A DNA stretch of 39,156 nt, taken from the NCBI GenBank assembly GCA_015520605.1, contig WAPT01000019.1, positions 1 through 39,156 of the forward strand, read 5' to 3'. Numbering within the stretch: the stretch's first letter is position 1; each line of letters begins with the position of its first letter. The notes beneath the pieces are model-generated. The model did no database searches. It was given only the letters and a program-made list of their open reading frames with translations, and was not told the DNA's origin. The DNA is from Nanobdellati archaeon. Its GTDB lineage: Archaea; EX4484-52; WAPT01. A program made the position numbers and the translations under genes. Positions 18,010 to 28,893 of the stretch are shown piece by piece.

Positions 18010-19872
18010 ATGCTCCGCACGGAAAGGATGTACAAGGTAACCATAGCATGCGCGAAAAAGTACATGGAGGAAGTCATAGAAAGTCTTTACAACCTCGGAT
18101 GCCTTCATATAAAAGAGTATGAAATGACCGATAGTTTCTTCGACATAGGGAAACCATTTGAAAGGGCTGAACGTATCTCGAAACTTCTACTGAAGTTGCG
18201 CAATCTTCTCAACACACTTTCCGCGGTTGAGAACTGTGATCACAAGAAAAAAGGAGAGTTCAAAACCTTCGTCGAGCTGGAAGAGTGGTGCGATAAGCTT
18301 GCCGAGCGTGTTGATGGGCTGAACCTTCGCATCAAGGAGCTGGAGGACGAGATGTCAAAGATAAGATCACAGCTCCAGCAGCTCCAGCTGATCGAGAAAC
18401 TTGGTTTAAATCCACGCGAGCTATGGGATTACGAGACGATAGAGTGGAGAATTGTGCACACAAGGAACAAGGAACTTTTAAGCAATCTCCAAAAAAACAG
18501 GGAGAAGTTTGTTGAGCTCCGTGTTACCGAACACGAGAAGGGGTGGCTCATTGCCACATTCTACAAGAAGGAAAACAGGAGGGATGTGGAGAAAATCCTT
18601 GCAAGATATGATCACAGAATTGTGGATGTTTCGGATATTAGTAATCTTGATGTTTCGGTTGCCGAACTCAGAAAGAAACTTCTTCGAGAAAAAGAAGAGT
18701 TGCGCAGCCAAATTGAGAAGCTCAAAAGAGAACTGAAAAAACTCGCCACGGAATCCACACCCGTGCTTCGGTACTGGATCAATGTCCTTCAGGAAGAGGC
18801 GGAAAAAGCAGAAGCGCCTCTGAAGTTTGCATCCAGCGAGAACGCTTTCATAATCTCTGGATGGGTTCCAAAGAAAAACTCGGAAATACTCAGAAAAAGT
18901 CTTGAAAAGATAACTAACGGAAAGGTATTCATTAGATTTGATGAAATTGATGAACGGAAAGAGGATGCCCCCGTAAAGTTCGCTCATCCTAAAGGAGTAG
19001 ATAATTTCCAGGCGTTGATGGAAATGTACTCCTTCCCCAAATACAGTGAAATAGATCCCACACTCTTTGTCGCGATAACATTTCCTATTTACTTCGGATT
19101 TATTTTGGGTGATGTTGGTTATGGTCTTGCGTGCCTTTTTGCTTTTCTCCTTATAAAGAAAAAAATGCCACAACTCAAAAAAATTGTCAATGTTTTCATT
19201 TTCAGCGCTGTGGTAACGATCTTCTTTGGTTTCATCTATGGTGAGTTCTTCGGAATGAACGAAATTATGGGGTTCAGACTTCCGACCCTGATACACAGAG
19301 TACATGATACCATGACGCTACTGTATCTGGCGGTGGCGATAGGTATTGTACATGTGAACCTCGGCTTCATACTTGGTGCCATCAATGAGTACAGGCTCTA
19401 CGGGATCAAAAAAGCATTGCTGGAAAAGATAAGCTGGATCCTAATTGAAGTTGGTGCCGTGCTGTGGTATTCATCCTCCAAATCTTACATCTCCCTGCCG
19501 TGGGAACTCGGCGCTTCAGTAACAATTATCTCGGTTTTAATGCTTGCTGTGGGGGAGGGTATTAAGGGTGTGGTTGAGCTTCCGACCCTCTTCAGTCACA
19601 CTTTGTCATATGCACGATTGATGGGTGCTGGCGTTGCATCAGCTGGCTTGGCCATGGTTATAAACTCTACTGCCACCGGCTTTGTCGCCAAAGGCCCAGT
19701 CTACATAATTTTTGCGATAATGCTTGTTGTCTTCGGTCACATATTCAACATAATGCTTGGGATACTCGAGGGGTTCCTCCATTCCATTAGGCTTAACTAT
19801 GTGGAGTTTTTCACAAAGTTTTTCATCGGTGGTGGTTTTCCTTATAATCCCTTTGGGAGAAAAAAGGAATGA
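18010..19872 (+). CDS. atpI: A/V-type ATP synthase subunit I (a)
   Basis: Soluble N-half, GWVP, PKYSEIDPT, GDVGYG, essential Arg in SYARL, HSIRLNYVEFF. Confidence 0.96.
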   Translation: MLRTERMYKVTIACAKKYMEEVIESLYNLGCLHIKEYEMTDSFFDIGKPFERAERISKLLLKLRNLLNTLSAVENCDHKKKGEFKTFVELEEWCDKLAERVDGLNLRIKELEDEMSKIRSQLQQLQLIEKLGLNPRELWDYETIEWRIVHTRNKELLSNLQKNREKFVELRVTEHEKGWLIATFYKKENRRDVEKILARYDHRIVDVSDISNLDVSVAELRKKLLREKEELRSQIEKLKRELKKLATESTPVLRYWINVLQEEAEKAEAPLKFASSENAFIISGWVPKKNSEILRKSLEKITNGKVFIRFDEIDERKEDAPVKFAHPKGVDNFQALMEMYSFPKYSEIDPTLFVAITFPIYFGFILGDVGYGLACLFAFLLIKKKMPQLKKIVNVFIFSAVVTIFFGFIYGEFFGMNEIMGFRLPTLIHRVHDTMTLLYLAVAIGIVHVNLGFILGAINEYRLYGIKKALLEKISWILIEVGAVLWYSSSKSYISLPWELGASVTIISVLMLAVGEGIKGVVELPTLFSHTLSYARLMGAGVASAGLAMVINSTATGFVAKGPVYIIFAIMLVVFGHIFNIMLGILEGFLHSIRLNYVEFFTKFFIGGGFPYNPFGRKKE

Positions 19873-19883
19873 GGTGAGGTTGA

Positions 19884-20108
19884 ATGGTAGGGGATGTTGG
19901 TCTCATAGCCATAGGTGCAGGACTTGCTATTGGACTTGGAGCTATAGGTGCAGGACTTGCCGAAGCAAACATAGGAGCTGCGGCAGTAGGAGCGTTTACA
20001 GAAAAAGAAGATCTGTTTGTAAAAGGCCTTATCATGACGGTGATTCCAGAAACACTTGTGATATTCGGGATGGTGATAGCGATAATGCTGATGCGTCTTG
20101 CACACTGA
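19884..20108 (+). CDS. atpK: A/V-type ATP synthase subunit K (c, single-hairpin proteolipid)
   Basis: Two Gly/Ala-rich TM helices, ion-binding Glu in IPETLVIFG; GAGGTG Shine-Dalgarno upstream. Confidence 0.96.
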   Translation: MVGDVGLIAIGAGLAIGLGAIGAGLAEANIGAAAVGAFTEKEDLFVKGLIMTVIPETLVIFGMVIAIMLMRLAH

Positions 20109-20151
20109 CAAACTCCTGAGCTTTTTAATATCTTGAAACTGGGGGTAAACA

Positions 20152-20706
20152 ATGTCAGCTGATGGTGTGGTGGAGGAAATATTGAGCTCAGCGAGGGAAA
20201 AAGCATCCGCCATTTTAAGAGATGCAAAAAAAGAGGCGAGAGAAATAATAAAGAGAGCAGAGGGGGAAGCAAAGCAGTACGAGGAAAGCTTCAAAGCGGA
20301 AACGGAGAAAATCCTCGAGGAAATAGAGAAAAGCGAGATAGCATCGGCAAAACTCGAGGCATCCAAGATAAAGATGAACACGAAAAAGAGAATCATAGAG
20401 GACTTTCTGAACAGTGTGCTTGAAGAAATAACGTCACTTAAAGAGAAAGAAGATTTGCTCAAGAGTCTCGCAGAGAAGGTAAAGGGAGAAATAGAGGTCG
20501 GTAGAATTTACTGTAATGAAGAGGAGAAAAAAATCATCAGGAAGCTCTTTCCGAAAGCAAAGATATCCTGTGTAGTGTGCAAAGGTGGCTTCATCGCCGA
20601 GAGCAGGGACGGAGAGGTATCCATAGATCTTACTTATGAAACTCTCCTGAGAAACATAAAAAGGAAGATACTAAAGATACTGGAAAAAGAACTTGAGTCC
20701 GCGTGA
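20152..20706 (+). CDS. atpE: A/V-type ATP synthase subunit E
   Basis: Helical N-half, GGFIAES..G.VSIDLTYE C-terminal motif, operon position. Confidence 0.92.
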   Translation: MSADGVVEEILSSAREKASAILRDAKKEAREIIKRAEGEAKQYEESFKAETEKILEEIEKSEIASAKLEASKIKMNTKKRIIEDFLNSVLEEITSLKEKEDLLKSLAEKVKGEIEVGRIYCNEEEKKIIRKLFPKAKISCVVCKGGFIAESRDGEVSIDLTYETLLRNIKRKILKILEKELESA

Positions 20707-21779
20707 GCATCATGCAACCCATAGACATCTTGGGCAGGATAAGCTTTGGAAAGTACCCCTATCTTGCAGCAAGGATGCGAGCAATGAAAAGCAAGTTGCT
20801 CACAAGGATTGACTACGAAAAGATTTTAAAGATGGACCTCTACACAATGGCGAAGTTTTTAGAAGAAAGGGGTTACTCCATCGACGAGGAAATCATAAGG
20901 GGGGGTTTTAAGGTTGAAGATGTGATTGAACTTGCTGCAAATGAAAGCCTTGAGTCCTGCTTCAGAAAGCTTCTGTTCATTACAGCCGGACAGACAAGAA
21001 AAATAATTCTTGCTTACGTGGTGAGGTACGATATTGAGAACATAAAAACATTGCTGAGAGGAAAGCTCGCGGAGGAGAGCGTTGAAAACCTTAGAAATCT
21101 CTGGATTTGTGGGGGTCTTCTATCGAAGGAGAAACTCGAGGAGTTATACATGCTTGACGATATCCATGAGATCTTCAGAAGGGTCAAATTACTCAAGATA
21201 GACCGAGAACTTAAAGAAGCGATAGACACTTTCAATACACAAGAAAGAGTTGATGTGCTGGAAAATGTTATTGACAAGAGGTACTTCAACTTCCTCCTCA
21301 AATACTCACAAAAACTTCAAAAAGACGGAAAAACACTTCTCCAGTTAATAAAAATTAGGTTCGATGTGCTTAACCTCAGAACCCTATACAGACTCAAAAG
21401 AGAGGGCGCTGGAAAGGAAGAAATAATGAAGTGGGTTTATCCTTCGGGATTGAAGCTGAAGATGAGAGATATAGAGCGGCTGGCCGCAGCACCCGATTTA
21501 AAAGCTCTGCATGAGATGGTACTGAACACCCCCTATGGAACGGTTCTGGACGGTGTTGATATTTCCGAATCTCTTATCGAGGTCGAGCTGAGACTTGATA
21601 CATATCTTCTCAACTTCGCCTCAACACTCATGCACACAAACCCCATCTCGATAGTACCCGTGATCGCTTACCTCATGATGAAGGAAGCTGAGACGAGCAA
21701 TATAAAGCTAATAGCAAGGGGAAAGGCGAGAGGCGTAAATGAAGAGTTCATAAAGAAATACTTGGTGATTTATTCATGA
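20703..21779 (+). CDS. atpC: A/V-type ATP synthase subunit C
   Basis: YPYLAARMRAMKSKLL, YDIENIKTLLRGK, E..NIKLIARGK; the start may be ATG 20712. Confidence 0.93.
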   Translation: MSIMQPIDILGRISFGKYPYLAARMRAMKSKLLTRIDYEKILKMDLYTMAKFLEERGYSIDEEIIRGGFKVEDVIELAANESLESCFRKLLFITAGQTRKIILAYVVRYDIENIKTLLRGKLAEESVENLRNLWICGGLLSKEKLEELYMLDDIHEIFRRVKLLKIDRELKEAIDTFNTQERVDVLENVIDKRYFNFLLKYSQKLQKDGKTLLQLIKIRFDVLNLRTLYRLKREGAGKEEIMKWVYPSGLKLKMRDIERLAAAPDLKALHEMVLNTPYGTVLDGVDISESLIEVELRLDTYLLNFASTLMHTNPISIVPVIAYLMMKEAETSNIKLIARGKARGVNEEFIKKYLVIYS

Positions 21780-22096
21780 CATTCGGAAAGGTTTATGTTG
21801 TGGGTACTCCGGAATTCACGCTCGGATTCAGACTTGCGGGTGTGAAGGATGTTATTGAGACACCCCCCGAGGACACGGAAACTTTCGAAAAGGTCATAGA
21901 AGAGATCATTAACAAAGGGGATGCAGCTCTCATAATCACGACCGAGGAGGAGTTTAGAAAGCTGCCAAAAAGGAAAAGAGAAATACTGGAAAAACTTACC
22001 GCGCCCATAATCATACCTCTATCTGAGGGGGAGATAAGCACAGAAGCCCTCAGAAAAAGAATCATAGAGGTGGTCGGAGTAGACCTCTTTAGGTGA
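21776..22096 (+). CDS. atpF: A/V-type ATP synthase subunit F
   Basis: VVG...FTLGFRLAGV and LRKRI.EVVGVDL motifs. Confidence 0.95.
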   Translation: MTFGKVYVVGTPEFTLGFRLAGVKDVIETPPEDTETFEKVIEEIINKGDAALIITTEEEFRKLPKRKREILEKLTAPIIIPLSEGEISTEALRKRIIEVVGVDLFR

Positions 22097-22125
22097 GACC
22101 ACAATCTTAGAAGAGGTGGTTTTTC

Positions 22126-23874
22126 ATGGCAGGTAAAAATGTTGGCTTGATCTATAGGGTTGCCGGCCCTGTGGTTGTAGCTAAAAACATGCAAGCAAAG
22201 ATGTACGATGTGGTTAGGGTAGGATATGAGAGGCTTATGGGTGAGGTCATTCAGATAAGTGGGGATAAGGTTGTCATTCAGGTTTATGAGGACACCACAG
22301 GCATTAAGCCAGGAGAGCCTGTTGAAAACACAGGAAAGCCTTTGACGGTCACACTTGGACCAGGACTTCTTGCTAACATCTACGATGGTGTGCAACGCCC
22401 TCTTAGTGTGTTGAAGGAGAAAGCAGGCGATTTTATAACGAGAGGTATAGAAGCATTTGCTTTGGATGAAGAGAAGAAGTGGGATTTTGTGGCGACCAAA
22501 AAGAAGAATGAGTATGTTAGACCTGGAGATATCATAGGCTATGTGGTGGAGTTCAACACCCAGCACAGGATAATGATACCTCCAGACTACAGAGGAGGGA
22601 AGATAGTCGAAATAAAATCCGGGAAATTTACCGTCAATGATGTTGTTTGCAGGCTTGATAATGGGGAAGAAATAAAGCTGTGTCACGAGTGGCCGATAAG
22701 GAAGCCACGCCCTTACAGGAAGAAGCTGAAGCCGGAAGTACCCCTAATAACTGGGCAGAGGATTTTAGATGCGCTCTTTCCGCTTACGAAAGGAGGCACT
22801 GCTGCAATACCCGGCCCATTCGGAGCCGGAAAGACCGTGACACAGCAGACTCTTGCCAAGTTCAGCGATGCCGACATAGTGGTCTATATCGGGTGTGGAG
22901 AGCGTGGAAATGAAATGACTGAGGTACTGGAAGAGTTCCCGCAGCTTGAAGATCCGAGAACCGGAAGACCTCTGATGGAAAGGACAGTGCTGATAGCTAA
23001 CACATCAAACATGCCTGTCGCAGCAAGAGAAGCATCCATATACACTGGTATAACCATAGCTGAGTACTACAGGGATATGGGTTATGATGTTGCTCTTATG
23101 GCCGATTCCACATCAAGATGGGCTGAGGCGATGAGAGAAATTTCCAGCAGGCTTGAAGAAATGCCGGGGGAAGAGGGTTATCCCGCTTATCTTCCCGCAA
23201 GGCTTGCTGAGTTTTACGAGAGAGCAGGCAGGGTCGTGCCTCTGGGTACAGATGAGGTGGGGTCTGTGACCATAATCGGAGCCGTATCCCCTCCTGGTGG
23301 AGACTTCAGCGAGCCTGTAACACAGAACACACTTAGGGTTGTTAAGGTTTTCTGGGCTCTGGATGCCAAGCTCGCTCACCGAAGACACTTCCCGGCAATA
23401 AACTGGCTTACATCTTATTCGCTTTACCTTGACACACTTGAACCTTGGTTTGCTGAAAAAATAGCGAGCGACTGGATGGAGCAGGTGAAGAAAGCTATGG
23501 AGATCCTGCAGGAGGAGGAGAAACTGCAGGAGATTGTGCAACTCGTTGGTAGTGATGCCCTTCCTCCAAGGGAAAGGGTAATTCTTGAAGTCGCGAGGAT
23601 GCTGAGAGAGTCGTTCCTTCAGCAGAATGCATTCCATGAAATTGACAGGTACTGCCCACCACAGAAAACCTATAGGTTGTTGAAGCTCATACTGCGCTAC
23701 GATACTCTCGCGAAGCATGCCCTCGAAAACAATGTGCTCGTTGAGGACATACTGAATGTTAAAGCAAAGAGGAAGATAGCGGAGCTTAAATTCGTAAAAG
23801 AATACGAGAAGGCTATGGATGAGATTGAGAAGGAGATGGAGGAGGAGTTCGAAGCTTTGGTAAGGGGTGAGTGA
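22126..23874 (+). CDS. atpA: A/V-type ATP synthase subunit A (catalytic)
   Basis: P-loop [41 protein letters not shown]; no intein. Confidence 0.99.
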   Translation: MAGKNVGLIYRVAGPVVVAKNMQAKMYDVVRVGYERLMGEVIQISGDKVVIQVYEDTTGIKPGEPVENTGKPLTVTLGPGLLANIYDGVQRPLSVLKEKAGDFITRGIEAFALDEEKKWDFVATKKKNEYVRPGDIIGYVVEFNTQHRIMIPPDYRGGKIVEIKSGKFTVNDVVCRLDNGEEIKLCHEWPIRKPRPYRKKLKPEVPLITGQRILDALFPLTKGGTAAIPGPFGAGKTVTQQTLAKFSDADIVVYIGCGERGNEMTEVLEEFPQLEDPRTGRPLMERTVLIANTSNMPVAAREASIYTGITIAEYYRDMGYDVALMADSTSRWAEAMREISSRLEEMPGEEGYPAYLPARLAEFYERAGRVVPLGTDEVGSVTIIGAVSPPGGDFSEPVTQNTLRVVKVFWALDAKLAHRRHFPAINWLTSYSLYLDTLEPWFAEKIASDWMEQVKKAMEILQEEEKLQEIVQLVGSDALPPRERVILEVARMLRESFLQQNAFHEIDRYCPPQKTYRLLKLILRYDTLAKHALENNVLVEDILNVKAKRKIAELKFVKEYEKAMDEIEKEMEEEFEALVRGE

Positions 23875-23876
23875 TC

Positions 23877-25298
23877 ATGGCCAAAGATGTTGCGAAGCTC
23901 AAGGAATACAAAACGATAGAAAGAATCGCGGGTCCCTTGGTTTTTGTCAAGAAAGTTAAGGATGTGGCTTACGGAGAGGTAGTGGAGGTCATACTTGCAA
24001 ATGGCGAGAGGAGATTAGGACAAGTTTTGGATAGCTCCGAGGATGTAGTGGTGGTGCAGGTTTTTGAGGGAACAAGCGGAATGGATAAGGAGAACACAAA
24101 GGTGCGTTTCACGGGAGAGGTGATAAAACTTCCAGTCTCTATAGAGATGCTCGGAAGGATTTTCAACGGTAGAGGAGAGCCAATAGACGGCGGACCAGAA
24201 ATCGTGCCGGAAAAGGAGATGGACATAATTGGAAGTGCCATAAATCCTTACTGTAGGGCTCCACCATCAGAGTTCATACAGACGGGAATCTCAGCTATAG
24301 ATGGCATGAACACTCTGGTTAGGGGGCAGAAACTGCCTATATTCAGCGGGTCTGGGCTCCCTCACAACGAAATAGCACTTCAGATAGCAAGACAGGCCAA
24401 GGTCGTTGGTGAAGATGAGAAGTTTGCCGTCGTTTTTGCAGCAATGGGTATAACTCACGAGGAGGCGCAGCGCTTCATCGACGAGTTTGAGGAAACAGGA
24501 GCTCTTGAGAGAGCTGTGGTATTTCTTAACCTTGCTGATGATCCTGCAGTTGAGAGACTCCTCACACCGAGAATAGCTCTCACAACGGCGGAATTTCTGG
24601 CCTTTGATAAGGACATGCACGTGCTGGTTATCCTCACCGACATGACCAACTATTGCGAGAGCCTTCGTGAGATCTCAGCCGCAAGAGAGGAGGTGCCTGG
24701 CAGGAGAGGTTACCCGGGTTACATGTACACAGACCTCGCGACAATTTATGAAAGGGCGGGGAGGATTAAGGGTAAGAAAGGGAGCATAACCCAGATCCAG
24801 ATCCTCACCATGCCGGGAGATGATATTACCCACCCCATCCCAGACCTGACCGGTTACATCACTGAGGGACAGATTGTGTTGAGCAGAGAGCTTCACCGCA
24901 GGGGAATATACCCGCCCATAGATGTTCTGCCGTCCCTTTCAAGGCTTATGAATGCAGGGATAGGGGAGGGAAAAACAAGGGCGGATCACAAACAGGTCTC
25001 AGACCAGCTCTATGCACTCTATGCAGAGGGCAGAGATTTGCGCGGATTGGTTGCCATTGTTGGTGAAGAAGCTTTATCCGAAAGGGATAAGCTCGTGCTA
25101 AGGTTTGCAGAGCGCTTTGAAAAGGAGTTCGTGCAGCAAGACAAGCACGAGGATAGAAGCATCGAGAAAACTCTGGAAATAGCATGGAGTCTGCTATCCA
25201 TGCTGCCGGAGGATGAACTGACAAGAGTATCGCCCGCGTTCAGGAAGAAATACTACAAGGGTAGAACTAAGAAAGAGAAAAAAGAAGAGAAGGGATGA
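23877..25298 (+). CDS. atpB: A/V-type ATP synthase subunit B
   Basis: [44 protein letters not shown]. Confidence 0.99.
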   Translation: MAKDVAKLKEYKTIERIAGPLVFVKKVKDVAYGEVVEVILANGERRLGQVLDSSEDVVVVQVFEGTSGMDKENTKVRFTGEVIKLPVSIEMLGRIFNGRGEPIDGGPEIVPEKEMDIIGSAINPYCRAPPSEFIQTGISAIDGMNTLVRGQKLPIFSGSGLPHNEIALQIARQAKVVGEDEKFAVVFAAMGITHEEAQRFIDEFEETGALERAVVFLNLADDPAVERLLTPRIALTTAEFLAFDKDMHVLVILTDMTNYCESLREISAAREEVPGRRGYPGYMYTDLATIYERAGRIKGKKGSITQIQILTMPGDDITHPIPDLTGYITEGQIVLSRELHRRGIYPPIDVLPSLSRLMNAGIGEGKTRADHKQVSDQLYALYAEGRDLRGLVAIVGEEALSERDKLVLRFAERFEKEFVQQDKHEDRSIEKTLEIAWSLLSMLPEDELTRVSPAFRKKYYKGRTKKEKKEEKG

Positions 25299-25333
25299 TA
25301 CACAACAAAAATTAATCAAGGTGTGTAACTCCC

Positions 25334-25960
25334 ATGCTTGATGTGAAACCAACGAGATCGGAGCTGCTCAATCTGAAAAAGAAAATACAGCTTGCAAAGT
25401 CAGGACACAAGCTACTCAAGAAAAAAAGAGACGGCATGATAATGGAATTTTTCCGCGTACTGGAAGAGGCAAGGGAGGTGATGAAAGAGACAGCAGAACT
25501 TTACAAAGTGGCAAGAGAGCGACTGATTCTTGCAGAGGTTACTGAGGGTGCGACGAAATTAAGATCCATTTCCTTAGCTGTTCGACCTTTTCCGCCCGTT
25601 AAGCTCACGACATCCAACCTGATGGGAGTTAAGGTATCGCGCATTGAAGTGGAAGGCGGAGAATTACATATGCTGGAGAGAGGTGTCGGACTGTTGAGCA
25701 CGAAGGCGAAGATAGATGAGGCCTCATATTACTACAGGTTGTTGGTGGAAAAACTAGTGAAATACGCTGAATACGTTTCATCCATCCAGAAATTACTGGA
25801 TGAAATAGAAAAAACAAAAAGAAAGGTTAACGCACTTGAATACAACATAATCCCACGATTAGAAGATGCGGCTAACTTCGTCAGACAGAGACTTGAAGAG
25901 ATGGAAAGAGAAAATGTTTTCAGATTGAAAAAAGTAAAGAGTAAGAAGCGGAGAGCATAA
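25334..25960 (+). CDS. atpD: A/V-type ATP synthase subunit D
   Basis: KPTRSEL, GHKLLKKKRD, EIEKTKRKVNALE, LEEMERE. Confidence 0.97.
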   Translation: MLDVKPTRSELLNLKKKIQLAKSGHKLLKKKRDGMIMEFFRVLEEAREVMKETAELYKVARERLILAEVTEGATKLRSISLAVRPFPPVKLTTSNLMGVKVSRIEVEGGELHMLERGVGLLSTKAKIDEASYYYRLLVEKLVKYAEYVSSIQKLLDEIEKTKRKVNALEYNIIPRLEDAANFVRQRLEEMERENVFRLKKVKSKKRRA

Positions 25961-25965
25961 TCGTT

Positions 25966-26184
25966 TCACTTTCTCTCCTTAAGTTTCCAGTAAACTTTCT
26001 TGCTTTCTCCGATCCTCGCTATCCTGTATTCGCAATCTATCTTCCCAGCATCCTTGAGTCTGTAACAGTGCGTGTTCGCGGTGCTCCAGCTTATCCCCAA
26101 CTTCTTTGCTATTTGGTATGTGGTGAGCGGTTCTTTCGCTTCTTTCAGCACTCTAATTATAGCGTTATCTATGCTTTCGGGCAT
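25966..26184 (-). CDS. Small stand-alone winged HTH protein (putative transcription regulator)
   Basis: IIRVLKEAKEPLTTYQIAKKLGISWSTANTHCYRLKDAGKI wHTH; start set to ATG 26184, preceded by GGTG. Confidence 0.8.
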   Translation of the reverse strand: MPESIDNAIIRVLKEAKEPLTTYQIAKKLGISWSTANTHCYRLKDAGKIDCEYRIARIGESKKVYWKLKERK

Positions 26185-26546
26185 GAAAAAACACCATTCT
26201 CGACGTATCGAGATATAAACCTGATTCAAAATAAGACCACAACCTCTATATAAAGATTTCGGTTTTGAATAGTTGATTTATTGATGTTCTTACTTTTATT
26301 TTTTCCTTCCGACAAAAATACCCGTAAAACACATCTCCTTTATAATAAAATAAAACCTGCTTATCACAATACCTTAACTAATGTGATCTATATATTCGGA
26401 TAAAATACGCAACTAAGCATCTGTTTTCGAATCTCATGAACTAAGCAAGTTTGATTTCAAAAAAATATTTTAAACTATTCTTCTTTCTTGTTTCACGACT
26501 TTCCCTGTGGGTGATTTATTTTAAAGTTTTTCATTAAGGTAAGTTT

Positions 26547-26762
26547 ATGGAAACATTAGTAAATAAACGACCTGGGGTGTATGTTGTTAAAGACGTTTTA
26601 GGAGGCTATTGGTGTAAACAGAAACTTTATGAACTTGGCATATGTCCTGGAAAAGAAATAAAATTAATAACTTTTTGGCATAAAGGAGCGGTGTTGATTA
26701 GGGTTGAAAATACTAAAATAGCACTTGGTAGGCGCATGGCCAGTAAGATAATTGTGGAATGA
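26547..26762 (+). CDS. feoA: Ferrous iron transport protein A
   Basis: KLYELGICPGKEI...IALGR.MASKIIVE SH3-like FeoA signature; upstream of feoB. Confidence 0.92.
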   Translation: METLVNKRPGVYVVKDVLGGYWCKQKLYELGICPGKEIKLITFWHKGAVLIRVENTKIALGRRMASKIIVE

Positions 26763-26934
26763 TGTTTTTATCGTGGTATGTCGGTGGTACTGCCAAATCT
26801 GATCATATAAAATAATTAAGACGGGCGATTGTATTGATGCTAATATATTCTAAAAAATTTCAATTAATTTTAATTGCACGTATTTATTTGATGCTTGTCC
26901 TTTTCACAACAAAACATTAACATAAAAGGGGTAA

Positions 26935-28872
26935 ATGATGAGTGAAAATATATTGATAGTGCTGGTTGGACAGCCAAACGTTGGAAAAACAACATTATTT
27001 AATGGACTAACTGGAAATAAGCAATCCGTAGGGAATTGGCCGGGGGTTACTGTTGAAAAACGCGAGGGTGTGTTGAAAATCAACAACAAGGAATTTAATG
27101 TTGTCGATTTGCCCGGGATTTATTCGTTAATCTCAGATTCTATAGATCAAAAAATAGCAAGGGATTTTTTAATAAATAATGATGATGCAATCATTTTAAA
27201 CATTATTGATACTCCAAACATAAATAGAAACTTATACCTGACCTTGCAGCTAATTGAGATGGGAAAAAGCCCGATTTTATGTTTGAATTTAATCGATGAG
27301 GCCGAAAGATTCGGGATATTTGTTGATGATAAAAAACTTAGCAAAAAACTGAACTTACCAGTCATAAAGATATCTGGCAGGTATAATTTGGGAATAGACA
27401 AATTAAAAAAAGCAATCTATAACTACGAGCCAAGGGAACCCAACACGATAAAGTATTCCCCGCTACTAGAAGAATGCATAGGCGAGATTATCGAAAAACT
27501 AAATAACACACAACTCGACAAATTTTCCAAACTCCCGAAAAGATGGATAGCAATATCGTTACTTGAGGGAGATCCAGAAATCTTAGAGACATTTAAAAAT
27601 AATGACGAGATCATAAATCACGTAATAAAATTAAAAAAAAGAGTCGAGAATGAAATAAAGCACGATATCGAGAGTTATATTGTTGAAGAAAGATACCGTG
27701 TTTGCGACGAATTATTGAGAGATGTGCTGGCTTTCAATGAGGTCTATGATGATATTGATGTCATTGTTGTGCACCCGGTTTATGGTACTATAATTTTTGT
27801 AGGCGTCATGTATTTAATGTATAATCTCGTTTTTGGTATCGGAGGGATTGTTTCGAAGATGATAAAGGAGTTTTTTGAATTCATTAGTCAGATTCTAGCT
27901 AATATTTTACCGCCTGTATGTAAGGGATTCATTATTAATGGTTTGTTGGCGGGAGTTAGTGCCGTCTTGGCATTTTACCCCCAGATAGTTTTGATTATGC
28001 TTTTCATATCGCTCTTGGAAGATTGCGGGTATCTCGCAAGAGTTGCTGCGTTGACACATTCGGTAATGTCGAAGTTCGGTCTGAGCGGAAAATCGGCTGT
28101 ACCGATGATTTTAAGTTTTGGGTGTAACGTTCCCGGCATAATGGCAACACGAATAATTGAGGATTCAAGGGAGAGGTTATCGACAATATTGGTGACTCCT
28201 TTAGTGCCATGCTCGGCGAGATTTGTGATTATTGGGTTTTTGGCAGGAGCTTTCTTTGCATCACATAAGACGTTATTCACTTTGTCGATATTACTGATGT
28301 CGTTAAGTTTGATGTTCATAGTGTCTTTTTTGGTTGAAAAGCTTTTATTCAAGGAAAATATCGATTTGTTCATATTTGAACTTCCTCCATATAGAGTACC
28401 AGATTTGAGAAACGTCTTGAAGATGACATGGGAGAGAAGTAAAGAATTTTTAATAAAAGTAGGGACAATAATCGCACTAGGTTCTCTAACTTCCTATTAT
28501 ATTTTCAACTATCCGAACATGAGAGAAAGTTATGCGGCAACTATCGGGAAGGTTCTTGAGCGTATAACCTCTTTAATGGGGTTAGATTGGAGAGGGGCAA
28601 TGGCATTAGTATTCGGAATATTCGCAAAAGAACTGGTTGTTTCTACACTGAACATTGTTTATGGAAATGTCACCAATTATTTAACTCCTTTGGAGGCATT
28701 TGTTCTATGTTTGGTTTCAGTTATCTACATCCCGTGTTTGGCAACAATTGCTACCATTTATACGGAAACTAAGAGTATAAAGTGGACATTATTTGAGATA
28801 TTTTACAACCTAATCCTTGCGACTACGATAGGCATCATTGTTTACCATCTTGGAAAATTACTTGGATTTTAA
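26935..28872 (+). CDS. feoB: Ferrous iron transport protein B
   Basis: GTPase motifs GQPNVGKTT, NWPGVTVE, DLPG; membrane part with LEDCGYLAR, FGCNVP, PCSAR, FELPPYR, YIPCLAT. Confidence 0.98.
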   Translation: MMSENILIVLVGQPNVGKTTLFNGLTGNKQSVGNWPGVTVEKREGVLKINNKEFNVVDLPGIYSLISDSIDQKIARDFLINNDDAIILNIIDTPNINRNLYLTLQLIEMGKSPILCLNLIDEAERFGIFVDDKKLSKKLNLPVIKISGRYNLGIDKLKKAIYNYEPREPNTIKYSPLLEECIGEIIEKLNNTQLDKFSKLPKRWIAISLLEGDPEILETFKNNDEIINHVIKLKKRVENEIKHDIESYIVEERYRVCDELLRDVLAFNEVYDDIDVIVVHPVYGTIIFVGVMYLMYNLVFGIGGIVSKMIKEFFEFISQILANILPPVCKGFIINGLLAGVSAVLAFYPQIVLIMLFISLLEDCGYLARVAALTHSVMSKFGLSGKSAVPMILSFGCNVPGIMATRIIEDSRERLSTILVTPLVPCSARFVIIGFLAGAFFASHKTLFTLSILLMSLSLMFIVSFLVEKLLFKENIDLFIFELPPYRVPDLRNVLKMTWERSKEFLIKVGTIIALGSLTSYYIFNYPNMRESYAATIGKVLERITSLMGLDWRGAMALVFGIFAKELVVSTLNIVYGNVTNYLTPLEAFVLCLVSVIYIPCLATIATIYTETKSIKWTLFEIFYNLILATTIGIIVYHLGKLLGF

Positions 28873-28893
28873 AAGTTAAAAAAGAACAAATCT

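Noticed and set aside
4927-18144. Isolated TTCGACA copies (about 4927 in radB, 16171 in the protease, 18139 in atpI) as extra binding sites
   Set aside because: A 7-mer is expected a handful of times by chance in 39 kb on two strands; these are unclustered and inside CDSs.
19911-19960. 17-bp direct repeat ataggtgcaggacttgc in atpK
   Set aside because: Encodes the repeated IGAGLA packing motif of the c-subunit helix; explained by the protein sequence.
11-25298. Inteins in RadA, TopA, Cdc48 or AtpA/AtpB
   Set aside because: All have normal lengths and contiguous motifs.
26763-26934. Possible decayed second feoA or feoC between feoA and feoB
   Set aside because: I could not recognise any FeoA/FeoC-like residues; treated as plain AT-rich spacer.
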